A stretch of 64,000 nt of DNA, taken from positions 4,878 through 68,877 of the forward strand of contig CAZSRD010000005.1 in NCBI GenBank assembly GCA_964609455.1. Direction: 5' to 3'. Each line of letters begins with the position of its first letter. Positions within the stretch are counted from its first letter, which is position 1. The stretch comes from an uncultured Methanosarcinales archaeon (lineage in GTDB: Archaea > Nanobdellota > Nanobdellia > Woesearchaeales > JACPBV01). Positions 30,132 to 40,969 of the stretch are shown in pieces. A model generated the notes under the pieces. The model was not told the origin of the DNA. It saw nothing but the letters and a program-made list of their open reading frames with translations, and made no database searches. Both the position numbers and the translations under genes were made by a program.

Positions 30132-30287
30132 ATGGGCTATAGAGTAAAGATACAGGAGACAAACAGGGGGCAAAAGATATTGAATATTCCAAAAGTAGTT
30201 TCAGCGCTGTTTAATTTAAAGCGCGGCATGGAATGTGAGTGGGTGTTGGAGAAGGGGGAGTTGACGCTAAAAGTTCCAAATAGGTAA
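30132..30287 (+). CDS. AbrB/MazE/SpoVT-like small DNA-binding protein (not in ORF track)
   Basis: MGYRVKIQETNRGQKILNIPKVVSALFNLKRGMECEWVLEKGELTLKVPNR. Confidence 0.7.
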   Translation: MGYRVKIQETNRGQKILNIPKVVSALFNLKRGMECEWVLEKGELTLKVPNR

Positions 30288-30452
30288 AATTTAGTGAATT
30301 ACCTATCAAAAAACGATAGATTTAAATATAATGAGGAAATTCAACGCATAATGGCAGTTAATCTTTCTTTAGTTGAAATGCTATGATATTGAGCGTTATA
30401 TAATTATAAGAGGAAGAACTGCCTTTGCAATATAAAACAAAGCAGATATGGT

Positions 30453-30542
30453 GCCCTGGTGGTGTAGTGGCCTATCATGAAGCCCTGTCGATGCTATAGA
30501 AGCAGAACGGCTTCGACCCGAGTTCGAATCTCGGCCGGGGCG
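30453..30542 (+). tRNA. tRNA-Asp(GTC) with 17-nt intron at 37/38 (30491-30507)
   Basis: GCCCTGG/CCGGGGC, AAGCC/GGCTT, CCGAG-TTCGAAT-CTCGG; BHB helix CTGT/GCAG. Confidence 0.92.
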
Positions 30543-30544
30543 TA

Positions 30545-30658
30545 GGGCCCGTAGCTCAGCCTGGTTAGAGCGCCTCACTTTTAATGAGGTGGCCGCGCGT
30601 TCGAACAGCAGGTCAGCCAAAGGTTGATCACGACGCTCTGAAAATCGCGTCGGGCCCA
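30545..30658 (+). tRNA. tRNA-Lys(TTT) with 39-nt T-loop intron at 59/60 (30606-30644)
   Basis: GGGCCCG/CGGGCCC, GCTC/GAGC, CCTCA-CTTTTAA-TGAGG, GCGCG-TTCGAA[intron]T-CGCGT. Confidence 0.9.
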
Positions 30659-30674
30659 TTTTAAAGTCATTAAA

Positions 30675-30917
30675 ATGAAAAAGAAATACGATGTAAACGA
30701 ACACGCGCTGGTTCCTGAACACTCTAAACTAAATGATAAAGAGAAGAAGGACCTCTTGGAAAAGTATCATATTTCTTTAAAGGAACTTCCTAAGATAAGT
30801 AAAAAGGATCCTGCTATCGCCAATCTTAATGTAAAAGAGGGGGATGTAATAAAGATAACAAGGAAAAGTCAAACAGCAGGTGAAGCTATATTCTATAGGG
30901 GTGTAATTAATGTATAA
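30675..30917 (+). CDS. rpoH: RNA polymerase subunit H (Rpo5)
   Basis: HALVPEH, LPKI..DP, RKSQTAG..YR. Confidence 0.96.
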   Translation: MKKKYDVNEHALVPEHSKLNDKEKKDLLEKYHISLKELPKISKKDPAIANLNVKEGDVIKITRKSQTAGEAIFYRGVINV

Positions 30918-32391
30918 ATATTCTAAAACCTTAATTGCAAAACATTTTAAGGATCAAAGCTTTGTAGATTCAAACATAGCTTCTTTTAATGATTTTGTTG
31001 ATAGGGATTTAGCAAATATAATAGGGGAGAATAAAGAGGTTGTTCCCACAATCTTGCCCCATAATATTGATGATTTTAAGATAAACTTGGACAAGATATG
31101 GGTTACTAAACCAGAGATAACAGAGGCAGATGGAAGCAAAAGGAATATCTACCCGATAGAGGCTAGATTAAGAAAATTAACTTATTCTGCTCCTGTTTTC
31201 ATTGAAGTTTCTGCCCATATCAACGGCGTCCAAAGAGAAAGTTTCACTACACAGATTGGAAACCTGCCAATAATGCTGAAGAGCAAGAACTGCCATTTGC
31301 ATAAATTGAGCAGGGAAGAGCTTATTGAAAAAGGAGAGGATCCTGACGATCCAGGCGGATATTTTGTGATAAATGGAACTGAAAAGGTTTTGATAAATAT
31401 AGAAGATTTAGCCCCTAACAGGGTGCTTGTCGAGAAAGCATCAGGCCCTTCAGAATTTGTAGGCAAATTGTTCTCTGAAAGAGGCTCTTTCAAAATCCCC
31501 CATACCTTAGAGAGAAAGAAGGATGGACTTTTCTATCTTACTTTTACAAGAATTAAAAGAGTGCCTATTGTCGTTATAATAAAAGCTTTAGGCCTGTTAA
31601 AAGATGAGGATATAATGAATTTTGTTTCTAGAGACAAAAAATATGATGAGGTTCTTATCAATCTGTTTGAATTTGTGGATATAAAGGCAGAAGAAGAAGC
31701 TTTAGACTATATTGCTAAAAAGGTTGGAATAACACAAAGCAAAGAGATCAGAGTAGAGAGGATGAAAGAAATTTTAGACAAATATTTATTGCCCCATCTC
31801 GGAGTTAATAAGGAAGACAGAATATATAAGGCTTATAATCTGTGCAAAATAATCAGGCGCTTCATTAATGTAGCTGATGGAACATTAAATGTGGCGGATA
31901 AGGACCATTATATGAATAAAAGGCTGAAGTTAAGCGGAGATCTGTTAGGGGATTTGTTTAGGGTTAATTTAAAGGTCTTGATAGGAGACTTGTTATATAA
32001 TTTTCAGAGGATTGTTAAAAGAGGCAAATTCCCATCTATCAAAGTTATCATCAGGGATAAACTTTTGACGCAGAGGATTTATTCTTCTATGGCAACAGGC
32101 AATTGGGTTGGCGGCAGAAAAGGAATTTCGCAGAGAATCCAGAGATTGAATTTCTTAGAGTCATTAAGCCATCTGCAAAGAGTTGTCTCACCATTGTCCG
32201 CTTCACAGGAGAATTTTGAGGCTAGAGAACTGCATAGCACTCATTTGGGGAGATTATGCCCAATAGAAACTCCAGAAGGAACCAATATTGGGTTAAGGAA
32301 AAATCTTTCATTATTATGCTCTGTTTCATCAGAAGGAAATGAGGAAGAAACATTGAAATCATTAAAAAACCTGGGGTTAAAGGGTTATTAA
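30910..32391 (+). CDS. rpoB2: RNA polymerase subunit B''
   Basis: GGYFVINGTEKV, LSHLQRV, CPIETPEG.NIGL. Confidence 0.96.
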   Translation: MYKYSKTLIAKHFKDQSFVDSNIASFNDFVDRDLANIIGENKEVVPTILPHNIDDFKINLDKIWVTKPEITEADGSKRNIYPIEARLRKLTYSAPVFIEVSAHINGVQRESFTTQIGNLPIMLKSKNCHLHKLSREELIEKGEDPDDPGGYFVINGTEKVLINIEDLAPNRVLVEKASGPSEFVGKLFSERGSFKIPHTLERKKDGLFYLTFTRIKRVPIVVIIKALGLLKDEDIMNFVSRDKKYDEVLINLFEFVDIKAEEEALDYIAKKVGITQSKEIRVERMKEILDKYLLPHLGVNKEDRIYKAYNLCKIIRRFINVADGTLNVADKDHYMNKRLKLSGDLLGDLFRVNLKVLIGDLLYNFQRIVKRGKFPSIKVIIRDKLLTQRIYSSMATGNWVGGRKGISQRIQRLNFLESLSHLQRVVSPLSASQENFEARELHSTHLGRLCPIETPEGTNIGLRKNLSLLCSVSSEGNEEETLKSLKNLGLKGY

Positions 32392-32392
32392 T

Positions 32393-34195
32393 ATGAGCGA
32401 AGTATACCTAAATTCAAAATTTGTAGGCGAAGTTGATGAGCCAAGATTGTTTGTTGAGAAGGTTAAAGAAGAGAGAAGAAAGGGCAAGATAAATTCCAAT
32501 CTTAATGTATATCATAATGACAAAGCAGATATTGTTGAGGTTGAGTGCGGGAAAGGAAGAGCGAGAAGGCCTTTAATTGTTGTTAAAGAAGGCCAGCCAT
32601 TATTGACAGAAAAGCATGTTAAGCAGCTGGAGAAAGATGAGATATCTTGGAATGATCTGATACAGCAGGGCGTAATAGAATACATTGATGCTGCTGAAGA
32701 AGAGAATTGTTTTGTTGCTTTTTTTGATTCTGAACTTACACCTGAGCATACACATCTGGAAATAACGCCTTTGTCTATGCTGGGGTTAGCTACTTCTTTG
32801 GTCCCTTATGGGAATTTCAACCAATCAACAAGGTTAAATGCCGGCTCTAAAAACCAAAAACAGGCTTTGGGTTTTTATGTTTCAAATTTTTCTGTTAGGA
32901 TGGATATGGATGTTAATCTGTTGTACGAGCCTCACGTGCCAATTACACAGACAATTGTCCATGAAATATCTGATTATGACAAGCATCCAGCAGGGCAGAA
33001 TCTAGTAGTAGCGATAATGTCTTACAAAGGGTATAATATGGAAGATGCCATTATACTGAATGGCGGCTCTATCCAAAGGGGATTAGCAAGAAGCTCATAC
33101 TACAGGCCTTCCATTGCTGAAGAATTAAGGTATGCTGGCGGGTTAGTTGATGAAGTAAGCATACCTGATAAAGATGTTAAGGGCTATAAATCAGAAAAGG
33201 ATTACAGATTTTTAGAGGGAGACGGAATAATTTATCCAGAAGCTGATATAAAAGAAGGAGATGTTATAATTGGAAAGACATCACCACCAAGGTTCTTGAG
33301 CTCATTAGACGAGTATAATCTGGCATCGTCAACCAGAAGGGAAAGCTCAGTTAGCGTGAAACATGGCGAGAAAGGAGTTGTAGACTTTGTTTTGATAACA
33401 GAAAATGAAGAAGGCAATAAGCTTGTTCAAGTGAGAGTTAGAGATGAAAGGATACCAGAAGTTGGAGATAAATTTACATCAAGGCACGGGCAGAAAGGAG
33501 TTGTAGGCTTAATCGTTCCTGAAGCTGATATTCCATTTTCTGCATCAGGCATAAAACCGGATTTAATATTCTCCCCACACGGAATTCCATCTAGAATGAC
33601 TATTTCACATTTAATTGAATTGATAGCAGGGAAGGTTGGAGCTTTGAATGCCAGGTACATAAACGGAACAACATTTGATTCTGAGCCGGAAGAAAGGCTA
33701 AGAAAAGAGCTTTTAAGCTTAGGGTTTAAGGAGAATGGCACTGAAATGATGTATGATGGAGAAACAGGAGAGCCATACGAAGCTAAGATCTACATGGGTA
33801 ATATGTATTACCTAAAGTTAAAGCACATGGTTTCAAATAAATTGCATTCAAGGGCTAGAGGGCCAATACAGCTTCTTACAAGACAGCCTACTGAAGGAAG
33901 AGCAAAAGAAGGAGGCTTGAGATTAGGAGAGATGGAGAAGGATACTTTTGTTGCTCATGGCGCGGCCCTATTATTGAAGGAAAGATTTGATTCAGACAAA
34001 ACTACTGTGCCGGTGTGTGAGGGCTGCGGATTAATAGCTATTAGGGATGAATTCAAAAATAAGAGCTATTGTCCAATATGCGGTGATAATACCGAGATAT
34101 CCTTTATTGAAATATCGTATGCTTTTAAGCTTATATTAGACGAGTTCAAGTCATTATGCATATATCCAAAATTACTTTTGAAAAGCAAATATTAG
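32393..34195 (+). CDS. rpoB1: RNA polymerase subunit B'
   Basis: GYNMEDA, GDKFTSRHGQKG, GGLRLGEMEKD, Zn ribbon. Confidence 0.97.
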   Translation: MSEVYLNSKFVGEVDEPRLFVEKVKEERRKGKINSNLNVYHNDKADIVEVECGKGRARRPLIVVKEGQPLLTEKHVKQLEKDEISWNDLIQQGVIEYIDAAEEENCFVAFFDSELTPEHTHLEITPLSMLGLATSLVPYGNFNQSTRLNAGSKNQKQALGFYVSNFSVRMDMDVNLLYEPHVPITQTIVHEISDYDKHPAGQNLVVAIMSYKGYNMEDAIILNGGSIQRGLARSSYYRPSIAEELRYAGGLVDEVSIPDKDVKGYKSEKDYRFLEGDGIIYPEADIKEGDVIIGKTSPPRFLSSLDEYNLASSTRRESSVSVKHGEKGVVDFVLITENEEGNKLVQVRVRDERIPEVGDKFTSRHGQKGVVGLIVPEADIPFSASGIKPDLIFSPHGIPSRMTISHLIELIAGKVGALNARYINGTTFDSEPEERLRKELLSLGFKENGTEMMYDGETGEPYEAKIYMGNMYYLKLKHMVSNKLHSRARGPIQLLTRQPTEGRAKEGGLRLGEMEKDTFVAHGAALLLKERFDSDKTTVPVCEGCGLIAIRDEFKNKSYCPICGDNTEISFIEISYAFKLILDEFKSLCIYPKLLLKSKY

Positions 34196-34204
34196 GTTAA
34201 AAAA

Positions 34205-36964
34205 ATGGCAGAAGAACAGGAAAATAAACTTTCTTTATCTCAGGCAAAGCCTGAGAAAGCAAAAAAGGAAGCTAAGGAAGAAAAGGCTAAATCCAAAAAG
34301 GAAGCAAAAGAAGAGAGCAAAGAATCAAGCAAAAAAGAGACAGGAAGAATAGAGACTCAGGAAATTTTTGTGAATAAAAAAGTAAGCAGCTTGATTTTCT
34401 CAGTTTTAGCTCCAAAAATGATAAAACAAATGGCTTCTGCTAAGATAGTCACACCTGAATTGTATGATAAGGAAGGTTACCCAGTAGACGGCGGATTGAT
34501 GGATATTAGATTGGGGGTTATAGATCCAGGATTGAAATGCAAGACTTGCGGAAGCAAGTTAAAAGAATGTTCTGGACATTTTGGCTATATTGAGCTGGCA
34601 AGGCCAATAGTCCATATAAAATTTGTTAATGTAATCATGAATTTGTTAAAAAGCACCTGTAGAGATTGCGGCAGGATATTGATACCAAAAAACAAGATAG
34701 ATATTGCTGTTAAGGAGCTGGATAAAATTGAGCTGGAAGCAGGCATTGAATCAAGAAGGCAATATGTAAAAGATATTATCAAGAATCTTAAAACAGTAAA
34801 CAAATGCCCCTGGTGCAAGGCAAGGCAGCAGAAAATATCTTTGGAGAAACCAACTACTTATCTGGAAAACGATAAAAGGCTAAACCCAATAGAAATAAGA
34901 ACAAGGCTCGAGAAAGTAACTGATGAAGATCTTGAGTCATTTGGAATAGTGCCAAAGTATGCAAGGCCAGAATGGATGATATTGACTATTCTTCCCATTC
35001 CTCCTGTTACAATGAGGCCCTCTATTACTTTAGAATCTGGTGAGCGTTCAGAAGATGACCTTACCCACAAGCTTGGGGATATTGTAAGAATTAACCAGAG
35101 ATTATTTGAAAATATAAATGCAGGGGCTCCTGAGATAATAATTGAGGATTTGTGGGATTTATTGCAATACCATATAACAACATTTTTTGATAATAATGTT
35201 GCAGAGCTTCCTCCTGCCAGGCACAGATCAGGACAACCGCTTAAAACAGTTACTGAAAGAATAAAAAGCAAGGAAGGCAGAATAAGGCATAATCTAGCTG
35301 GAAAGAGAACAAATTTCTCAGCAAGGACAGTTATCAGCCCAGATCCAATGCTTGATCTGAATGAAGTTGGAGTGCCTATGGAAATTGCAATGAAAATGAC
35401 TGTTCCAGAAAGAGTTAATGACTGGAATATGGAATACTTAAAAAAATTCGTTAAGAACGGCCCTAGCAAATACCCTGGAGCCAATTATATCATAAGGCCT
35501 GATGGAAAAAAGAAAAAATTAACAGAAGAAACTATTGAAGCAAGTTTGGAAGAGATTCAGCCAGGATACATAGTTGAGAGGCAACTTATAGACAGGGATA
35601 TTGCTATTTTTAACAGACAGCCATCATTGCATAGGATGTCAATGATGTGCCATAGAGTTAAGGTTCTTCCTTACAAAACATTTAGGTTGAGCCCGGCTGT
35701 TTGCCACCCATACAATGCGGATTTTGATGGAGATGAGATGAATTTACATATACCTCAAACAGAAGAGGCAAGAGCAGAGGCAGAGGTATTGATGGAAGTT
35801 CAGACACAGCTGATTTCTCCAAGATACGGGCTAAGCATTATAGGCTGCGTTCAGGATGCTATATCCGGCAATTACTTACTAACAAAGGGAATGGAATTTA
35901 AGAGAAACGAAGCTGTTTCATTGTTAGCTGCTGCAAGTATAAATGATTTTTCAAAATTACCTAAGAGAGAGATTGTAACGGGGAAAGATGTATTCTCTGT
36001 GCTGATACCTGATGATTTTAATTTTACCGGGAGAGCCAGGCATTATGACCCTATGCTTGATAAAAAAGCAAATATGGAAAAGGACGCTTATGTTGTTATT
36101 AAAGATGGGCAATTGATATCAGGGGTTATGGACAGAAATAATTTAGGAGAAGGTTCAGGATTATTATTAAGAAATATCCATAAGAGGTATGGGAAAGAGA
36201 AGACTATTGACTTATTGGGCAAGTTATTCAGGTTAGGGATTGAGGTGCTGTTAAAAGTTGGTTTTACTACAGCAATCTCTGATACAGACTTGCCAGAGAG
36301 CGCAGTCTTAAACATAAGGGAAACATTAAGCAATGCCAGAAAGGAAGTTGAGGAATTAATCAATCTTTACAATAATAACAAGTTAGATGCTTTCCCCGGA
36401 AAGACATTGAAGGAAACTTTAGAATTAAAGATATTAGAGGTTTTGAATAGAGCGAGAAACAGGACTGGAGAATTAGTGGCTAAACATGCAGATAAAAAGA
36501 CACACACAATGGTAATGGCAGATTCAGGAGCCAGAGGCAACTTACTAAATTTAGCGCAAATGGCAGCTTGTGTAGGGCAGCAGGCTATGAGGGGCAAAAG
36601 AATAGAGAAAGGCTATAGCCAAAGAACATTATCCTGCTTTAAGAAAGGGGATTTAAGCCCCGAAGCCCATGGTTTCATCTCAAATGGATTTAAAACGGGG
36701 TTGAATCCTTCAGAGTTCTTTTTTGGCGCTATGACTGGCAGAGATTCATTGATGGATACCGCTCTCAGGACTCCAAAATCAGGTTATCTTTATAGAAGAC
36801 TGGCTAATGCTATGCAGGATTTGAAAACAGAATACGACGGAACGATAAGGGACGCTGCAAAAAGGATTATACAGTTTAGTTATGGTGAAGATGGGATAGA
36901 TGTTTCAAAATCAGAAGGTGGAATATTAAATATAAAAAGAATCATAAAAACAGTAGGTGGATGA
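34205..36964 (+). CDS. rpoA1: RNA polymerase subunit A'
   Basis: [11 protein letters not shown] catalytic motif; CKTC..C.GHFG. Confidence 0.98.
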   Translation: MAEEQENKLSLSQAKPEKAKKEAKEEKAKSKKEAKEESKESSKKETGRIETQEIFVNKKVSSLIFSVLAPKMIKQMASAKIVTPELYDKEGYPVDGGLMDIRLGVIDPGLKCKTCGSKLKECSGHFGYIELARPIVHIKFVNVIMNLLKSTCRDCGRILIPKNKIDIAVKELDKIELEAGIESRRQYVKDIIKNLKTVNKCPWCKARQQKISLEKPTTYLENDKRLNPIEIRTRLEKVTDEDLESFGIVPKYARPEWMILTILPIPPVTMRPSITLESGERSEDDLTHKLGDIVRINQRLFENINAGAPEIIIEDLWDLLQYHITTFFDNNVAELPPARHRSGQPLKTVTERIKSKEGRIRHNLAGKRTNFSARTVISPDPMLDLNEVGVPMEIAMKMTVPERVNDWNMEYLKKFVKNGPSKYPGANYIIRPDGKKKKLTEETIEASLEEIQPGYIVERQLIDRDIAIFNRQPSLHRMSMMCHRVKVLPYKTFRLSPAVCHPYNADFDGDEMNLHIPQTEEARAEAEVLMEVQTQLISPRYGLSIIGCVQDAISGNYLLTKGMEFKRNEAVSLLAAASINDFSKLPKREIVTGKDVFSVLIPDDFNFTGRARHYDPMLDKKANMEKDAYVVIKDGQLISGVMDRNNLGEGSGLLLRNIHKRYGKEKTIDLLGKLFRLGIEVLLKVGFTTAISDTDLPESAVLNIRETLSNARKEVEELINLYNNNKLDAFPGKTLKETLELKILEVLNRARNRTGELVAKHADKKTHTMVMADSGARGNLLNLAQMAACVGQQAMRGKRIEKGYSQRTLSCFKKGDLSPEAHGFISNGFKTGLNPSEFFFGAMTGRDSLMDTALRTPKSGYLYRRLANAMQDLKTEYDGTIRDAAKRIIQFSYGEDGIDVSKSEGGILNIKRIIKTVGG

Positions 36965-38094
36965 TGATGTCAATATTTACAGAACACAAAGATAGGTTGC
37001 CTAAAAATATTTTGGATCAGCTTAAGGAGTATACGAAAGATATGTCTGATGCTAAAATCAAGAAAGTCTTTGAAGCTACATTGGAAGAATATGAAAATGC
37101 CCAGGCTGAACCCGGCGAGTGCGTGGGTATTGTTTCTGCAGAGAGCATTGGCGAACCTGGAACGCAGATGACCCTGAACACATTCCATTTTGCAGGAGTT
37201 GCAGAGATGAACGTTACAATGGGCCTTCCAAGAATTATTGAAATATTAGATGGAAGAAAAGAATTAAAGACGCCCATGATGGAAATTTATCTTAAAGAGC
37301 CGCATTCAAAAGGGAAGGACATAAGAAAGCTAGCTTTAAGCATAAAGGAAACTCTGATAGAGGAAGTTGTTTCTGAATTTTCTATTAATATTGCCGATTA
37401 TGTTATTGAACTGAAATTAGATCTAGAGAAAATGAAAGAGATAGGCGTTACAGAGAATACTATTGTTGGCGCCTTAAAACAAGGCATCAAGGGATATAAT
37501 GTAAGGGAGACAAAGGAATCGGTTGTTTTAAAAGCAAAAACAAAAGAAGACAGCATCAACCAGGTTTATCTGGATAAAGAAAAAATCAAGAAAATACATT
37601 TAAAGGGCGTAAAAGGCATATCCCAGGTATTGCCTGTAAGAAGGGGGGAAGAGTATATAATAATCACATCAGGCACTAACATGAAAGAGATTCTAGAGCT
37701 CGATTATGTGGATGCTACAAGGACAACAACAAATGATATTTTTGAGATAGGCAAAACTTTAGGCATTGAGGCAGCAAGACAATCTATTATTAAAGAGGTC
37801 TTTAAGGTTATTGAGAGCCAAGGATTAGATGTTGATATAAGGCACATAATGCTGGTAGCTGATACAATGTGCAATTCTGGCATGGTAAAAGGAATTACAA
37901 GGTATGGCGTTGTTTCAGAAAAAAGCTCTGTTTTAGCAAGAGCAAGCTTTGAGACGCCAATCAGGCACATTATTGGCGCAGCTTTGATAGGTGAAGAGGA
38001 TAAGCTTGATTCTGTTGTTGAGAATGTTATGTTGAATCAGCCCGTGCCTGTAGGCACAGGATTGCCAGGCTTAGTTACAAAAGTGAAAAAATAA
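36961..38094 (+). CDS. rpoA2: RNA polymerase subunit A''
   Basis: [29 protein letters not shown]. Confidence 0.97.
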   Translation: MMMSIFTEHKDRLPKNILDQLKEYTKDMSDAKIKKVFEATLEEYENAQAEPGECVGIVSAESIGEPGTQMTLNTFHFAGVAEMNVTMGLPRIIEILDGRKELKTPMMEIYLKEPHSKGKDIRKLALSIKETLIEEVVSEFSINIADYVIELKLDLEKMKEIGVTENTIVGALKQGIKGYNVRETKESVVLKAKTKEDSINQVYLDKEKIKKIHLKGVKGISQVLPVRRGEEYIIITSGTNMKEILELDYVDATRTTTNDIFEIGKTLGIEAARQSIIKEVFKVIESQGLDVDIRHIMLVADTMCNSGMVKGITRYGVVSEKSSVLARASFETPIRHIIGAALIGEEDKLDSVVENVMLNQPVPVGTGLPGLVTKVKK

Positions 38095-38139
38095 AAAATG
38101 CTAAGGCATTTTTAATTGTAAAAAACCGAGGTTTTTAAC

Positions 38140-38421
38140 ATGGTGGAAAAAGTAGTTGACAAGAACATTGCTGAAATAAGGAAGCTGTTGAAGAACAAGG
38201 GCACAATAATAGGCAGCGAGAGAACTTTGAAAAACTTGAAATTGGGCAAGGTAAAAAAGGTTTATTTAAGCTCTAATTGCGCTGATGATGTTAGGGATAG
38301 AATTGAGCATTACTCTAAATTGAGCAAAGCAGAGATTGTTAAGCTGAACTACCCTAATCTAGAATTAGGCATACTGTGCAAGAAGCCATTTTCTATTTCT
38401 GTTTTGAGTGTAATGAAATGA
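38140..38421 (+). CDS. rpl30e: 50S ribosomal protein L30e
   Basis: IIGSERTLK, ELGILCKKPFSISVL; operon position. Confidence 0.92.
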   Translation: MVEKVVDKNIAEIRKLLKNKGTIIGSERTLKNLKLGKVKKVYLSSNCADDVRDRIEHYSKLSKAEIVKLNYPNLELGILCKKPFSISVLSVMK

Positions 38422-38831
38422 ATAAGATCAAATATGACATTAACACTATGAAATATATTCAGATATTCGAGGCTATGACCCATACTAGACTAAAAGATTG
38501 CGTAGCTAATGAAGTGCTGTTGTTTATTGTTGAAGAAAATGAGATCGGCAAGGCAATCGGAAAGGGGGGGAGCAATGTTAAAAGGCTGGAGGGCCTGCTA
38601 AAGAAAAGGATAAAGATAGTTGAGTTCAATCCTGATGTTAAACATTTTATAAATAATTTTGTTATGCCGCTTCAAGTCAGGGGCATTACTGAAGAGAATG
38701 GAGTAATTACCCTCACTGGGCCAGATACAAAAACAAAGGGCCTTTTGATAGGCAGGGATGCTAAAAACCTTAATCATCTGAAGGATATTGTAAGGAGGTA
38801 TTTTGAGGTTGAGGATATTAAGGTTGTTTAA
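38418..38831 (+). CDS. nusA: archaeal NusA (KH domains)
   Basis: [17 protein letters not shown]; start reassigned to ATG overlapping L30e stop. Confidence 0.92.
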   Translation: MNKIKYDINTMKYIQIFEAMTHTRLKDCVANEVLLFIVEENEIGKAIGKGGSNVKRLEGLLKKRIKIVEFNPDVKHFINNFVMPLQVRGITEENGVITLTGPDTKTKGLLIGRDAKNLNHLKDIVRRYFEVEDIKVV

Positions 38832-38916
38832 CCAAAACCTATTGTCCCAATACTTTACGTTCTCGCTTCGCTCAAGCATAAAGTTTATAAATGGAATGTC
38901 AATTCTCAATATTAAA

Positions 38917-39354
38917 ATGGGAAAGAAATCTAGGGGATTAAATGCAGGAAACAGGCTGAGGAAGAAAAGAGCCAGATTTAGGTGGAGCAATAAATGGTAC
39001 ACAAGAAGGATGAAGGATTTAAAGGCAAAATCAGATCCTTTAAAAGGCTCTTCACAAGCTAAAGGGATTGTTCTTGAAAAAGTTCAATTTGAAGCAAAGC
39101 AGCCAAACTCCGCTATGAGAAAATGTGTCAGGGTTCAGCTGGTTAAGAATGGAAGGCAAGTAACTGCTTTTTGCCCTGGCGATGGCGCTACAAAACTTAT
39201 TGATGAGCACGATGAGGTAATGATTGAGTGTATTGGCGGGGCTATGGGCAAGTCCAAAGGAGACATTCCAGGGGTTAGATGGCAGGTTATCAAAGTTAAT
39301 GATCAGAGTTTAGATGCTTTAAGAAAAGGAATAAGGGAGAAGGCTAGAAAATGA
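38917..39354 (+). CDS. rpsL: 30S ribosomal protein S12
   Basis: [24 protein letters not shown]; start reassigned to 38917 (TTTATAAA at 38884). Confidence 0.97.
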   Translation: MGKKSRGLNAGNRLRKKRARFRWSNKWYTRRMKDLKAKSDPLKGSSQAKGIVLEKVQFEAKQPNSAMRKCVRVQLVKNGRQVTAFCPGDGATKLIDEHDEVMIECIGGAMGKSKGDIPGVRWQVIKVNDQSLDALRKGIREKARK

Positions 39355-39950
39355 GCGAGTTATTAGCTTTTAACAAATGGAGCACAGAGGGCATTAAGGT
39401 AGAAGACCCAGGATTAGCTAATTACATCACACTTGAGCCTAGGATAGTCCCTAAGACAGGAGCTAGGTACCATGGCAATAAATTTCACAAATCTAAGGTT
39501 TTTATTGTTGAAAGGCTGATAAATAAAATTATGGTTCCAGGGCATAAGGCTAAGAAACATTATAGAACCAGCTATAAAGTAACTGGAAAAGCCCAGACAG
39601 CTTATGATATTGTTGAAAAAACTTTTAGGCTAATAGAGAAGCAGACAAAAGAGAACCCTATAAAGATTTTTGTAAAAGCTCTTGAGAATGCCTCTCAGCG
39701 TGAAGAGATTATTACAATTGAATATGGCGGAGCCAGATACCCAAAAGCTGTTGAGTGCGCTCCTCAAAGAAGAGTTGATATTGTCCTTAGGTTAATGGCA
39801 CAAGGCGCTTATCACAGGTCTTTTAACTCTAAGAAGAGCATGGTTAATTGTTTAGCAGATGAGATAATTGCTGCTTATAAGCTAGACAGATCTTCTAATG
39901 CTGTTTCTAAGAAGCTGGAAGTTGAAAGACAGGCTGATGCGTCGAGATAA
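39351..39950 (+). CDS. rpsG: 30S ribosomal protein S7
   Basis: [31 protein letters not shown]. Confidence 0.97.
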   Translation: MSELLAFNKWSTEGIKVEDPGLANYITLEPRIVPKTGARYHGNKFHKSKVFIVERLINKIMVPGHKAKKHYRTSYKVTGKAQTAYDIVEKTFRLIEKQTKENPIKIFVKALENASQREEIITIEYGGARYPKAVECAPQRRVDIVLRLMAQGAYHRSFNSKKSMVNCLADEIIAAYKLDRSSNAVSKKLEVERQADASR

Positions 39951-40015
39951 ATTCTCTAATTTAAGAGAGAAAAATATTTAAAGCTGGATAGATTCTTGCA
40001 TATTAAGGTGGTTTT

Positions 40016-40858
40016 ATGTCGATTTTAGATAGGATATATTATGGATTAGCAGATGTTGGCAGGACAGTTGCATTTACAGGTATTTTTGGAGCTGCTGTTC
40101 TAGGTGGCCATGTTCCTTCTTATGTTTATTCTGCTGAGCCACCTGCTAAAATAGAGCCAGATAAACTTTCTATTGATGAATTGGTGTCTCGCGCTGAGAA
40201 AAATTGCGAGCAAGCCAGAAATGCTAAAGAAAACCAGAAAGAATTGTATGGGAAGGTTCTTGAGGATTCAGTAAAAGTAGCAAAGCTAATAAAAGGGGGT
40301 AAAGAAAAACCTTCTCCTGAAGATATGCCCTCATTCTATTTCGCTTGCAAACTTCAAGCAGAGGCCTTATACTCTCTCAAAAAATATGACCAGGAGTTGA
40401 GCGTTCTAGATGAGCTTATCAATTTAATGGAGGGTAAGGGAAAAGATAAACTAAGCGGAGAAGATTTAAGCTTATTAGCAGATGCCTACATGCCTAAAGG
40501 GGATGCTTTTAGGAAGTTAAAGAATTATAAAGGGGCTGTTGAAGCATTTAAGACAGCTTTTGAACTTTTGCAAAAGAGATTAAATGCAGAAAAGGAATAT
40601 GAAGGCAGGAAGTATGATGGAGAGAGCTTAGTTTATGTAAAGTCTCGATGGATTGAGGCCAAATATTTTGGAGAACTGGTTCCTATGTATAAAGAGCTGC
40701 ATAAGTTGAAAAAAGGAACACCGGAAGCAGAAGCTAAAGCTAAGGAAGCACTTGAAAAATGCGATGAAATATTAAAGATTGGTGAAGGCTCTGATGATAG
40801 ATTATTAAAGAGTGTAGAGCTAATTAAAAAGACAGCGAAAGATATTCTAGGTAAATAG
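40016..40858 (+). CDS. TPR-like helical repeat protein with N-terminal hydrophobic segment
   Basis: AEALYSLKKY, KGDAFRKLKNYKGAVEAF. Confidence 0.6.
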   Translation: MSILDRIYYGLADVGRTVAFTGIFGAAVLGGHVPSYVYSAEPPAKIEPDKLSIDELVSRAEKNCEQARNAKENQKELYGKVLEDSVKVAKLIKGGKEKPSPEDMPSFYFACKLQAEALYSLKKYDQELSVLDELINLMEGKGKDKLSGEDLSLLADAYMPKGDAFRKLKNYKGAVEAFKTAFELLQKRLNAEKEYEGRKYDGESLVYVKSRWIEAKYFGELVPMYKELHKLKKGTPEAEAKAKEALEKCDEILKIGEGSDDRLLKSVELIKKTAKDILGK

Positions 40859-40969
40859 TTTTACGATGTACTTATATCCAATTTTAAGTTGAAAGTGTAA
40901 TAGAAAGAATTGCTACCTTAAATTGGTTTAAAAAGACTAATTTTGAAGAAAAGAGAAACTTTTCTACAA

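Noticed and set aside
30396..30722. 108-aa minus-strand ORF
   Set aside because: Antisense to tRNA-Asp, tRNA-Lys and the rpoH start.
31182..37970. Multiple antisense ORFs inside RNAP genes
   Set aside because: Shadow ORFs opposite highly conserved genes.
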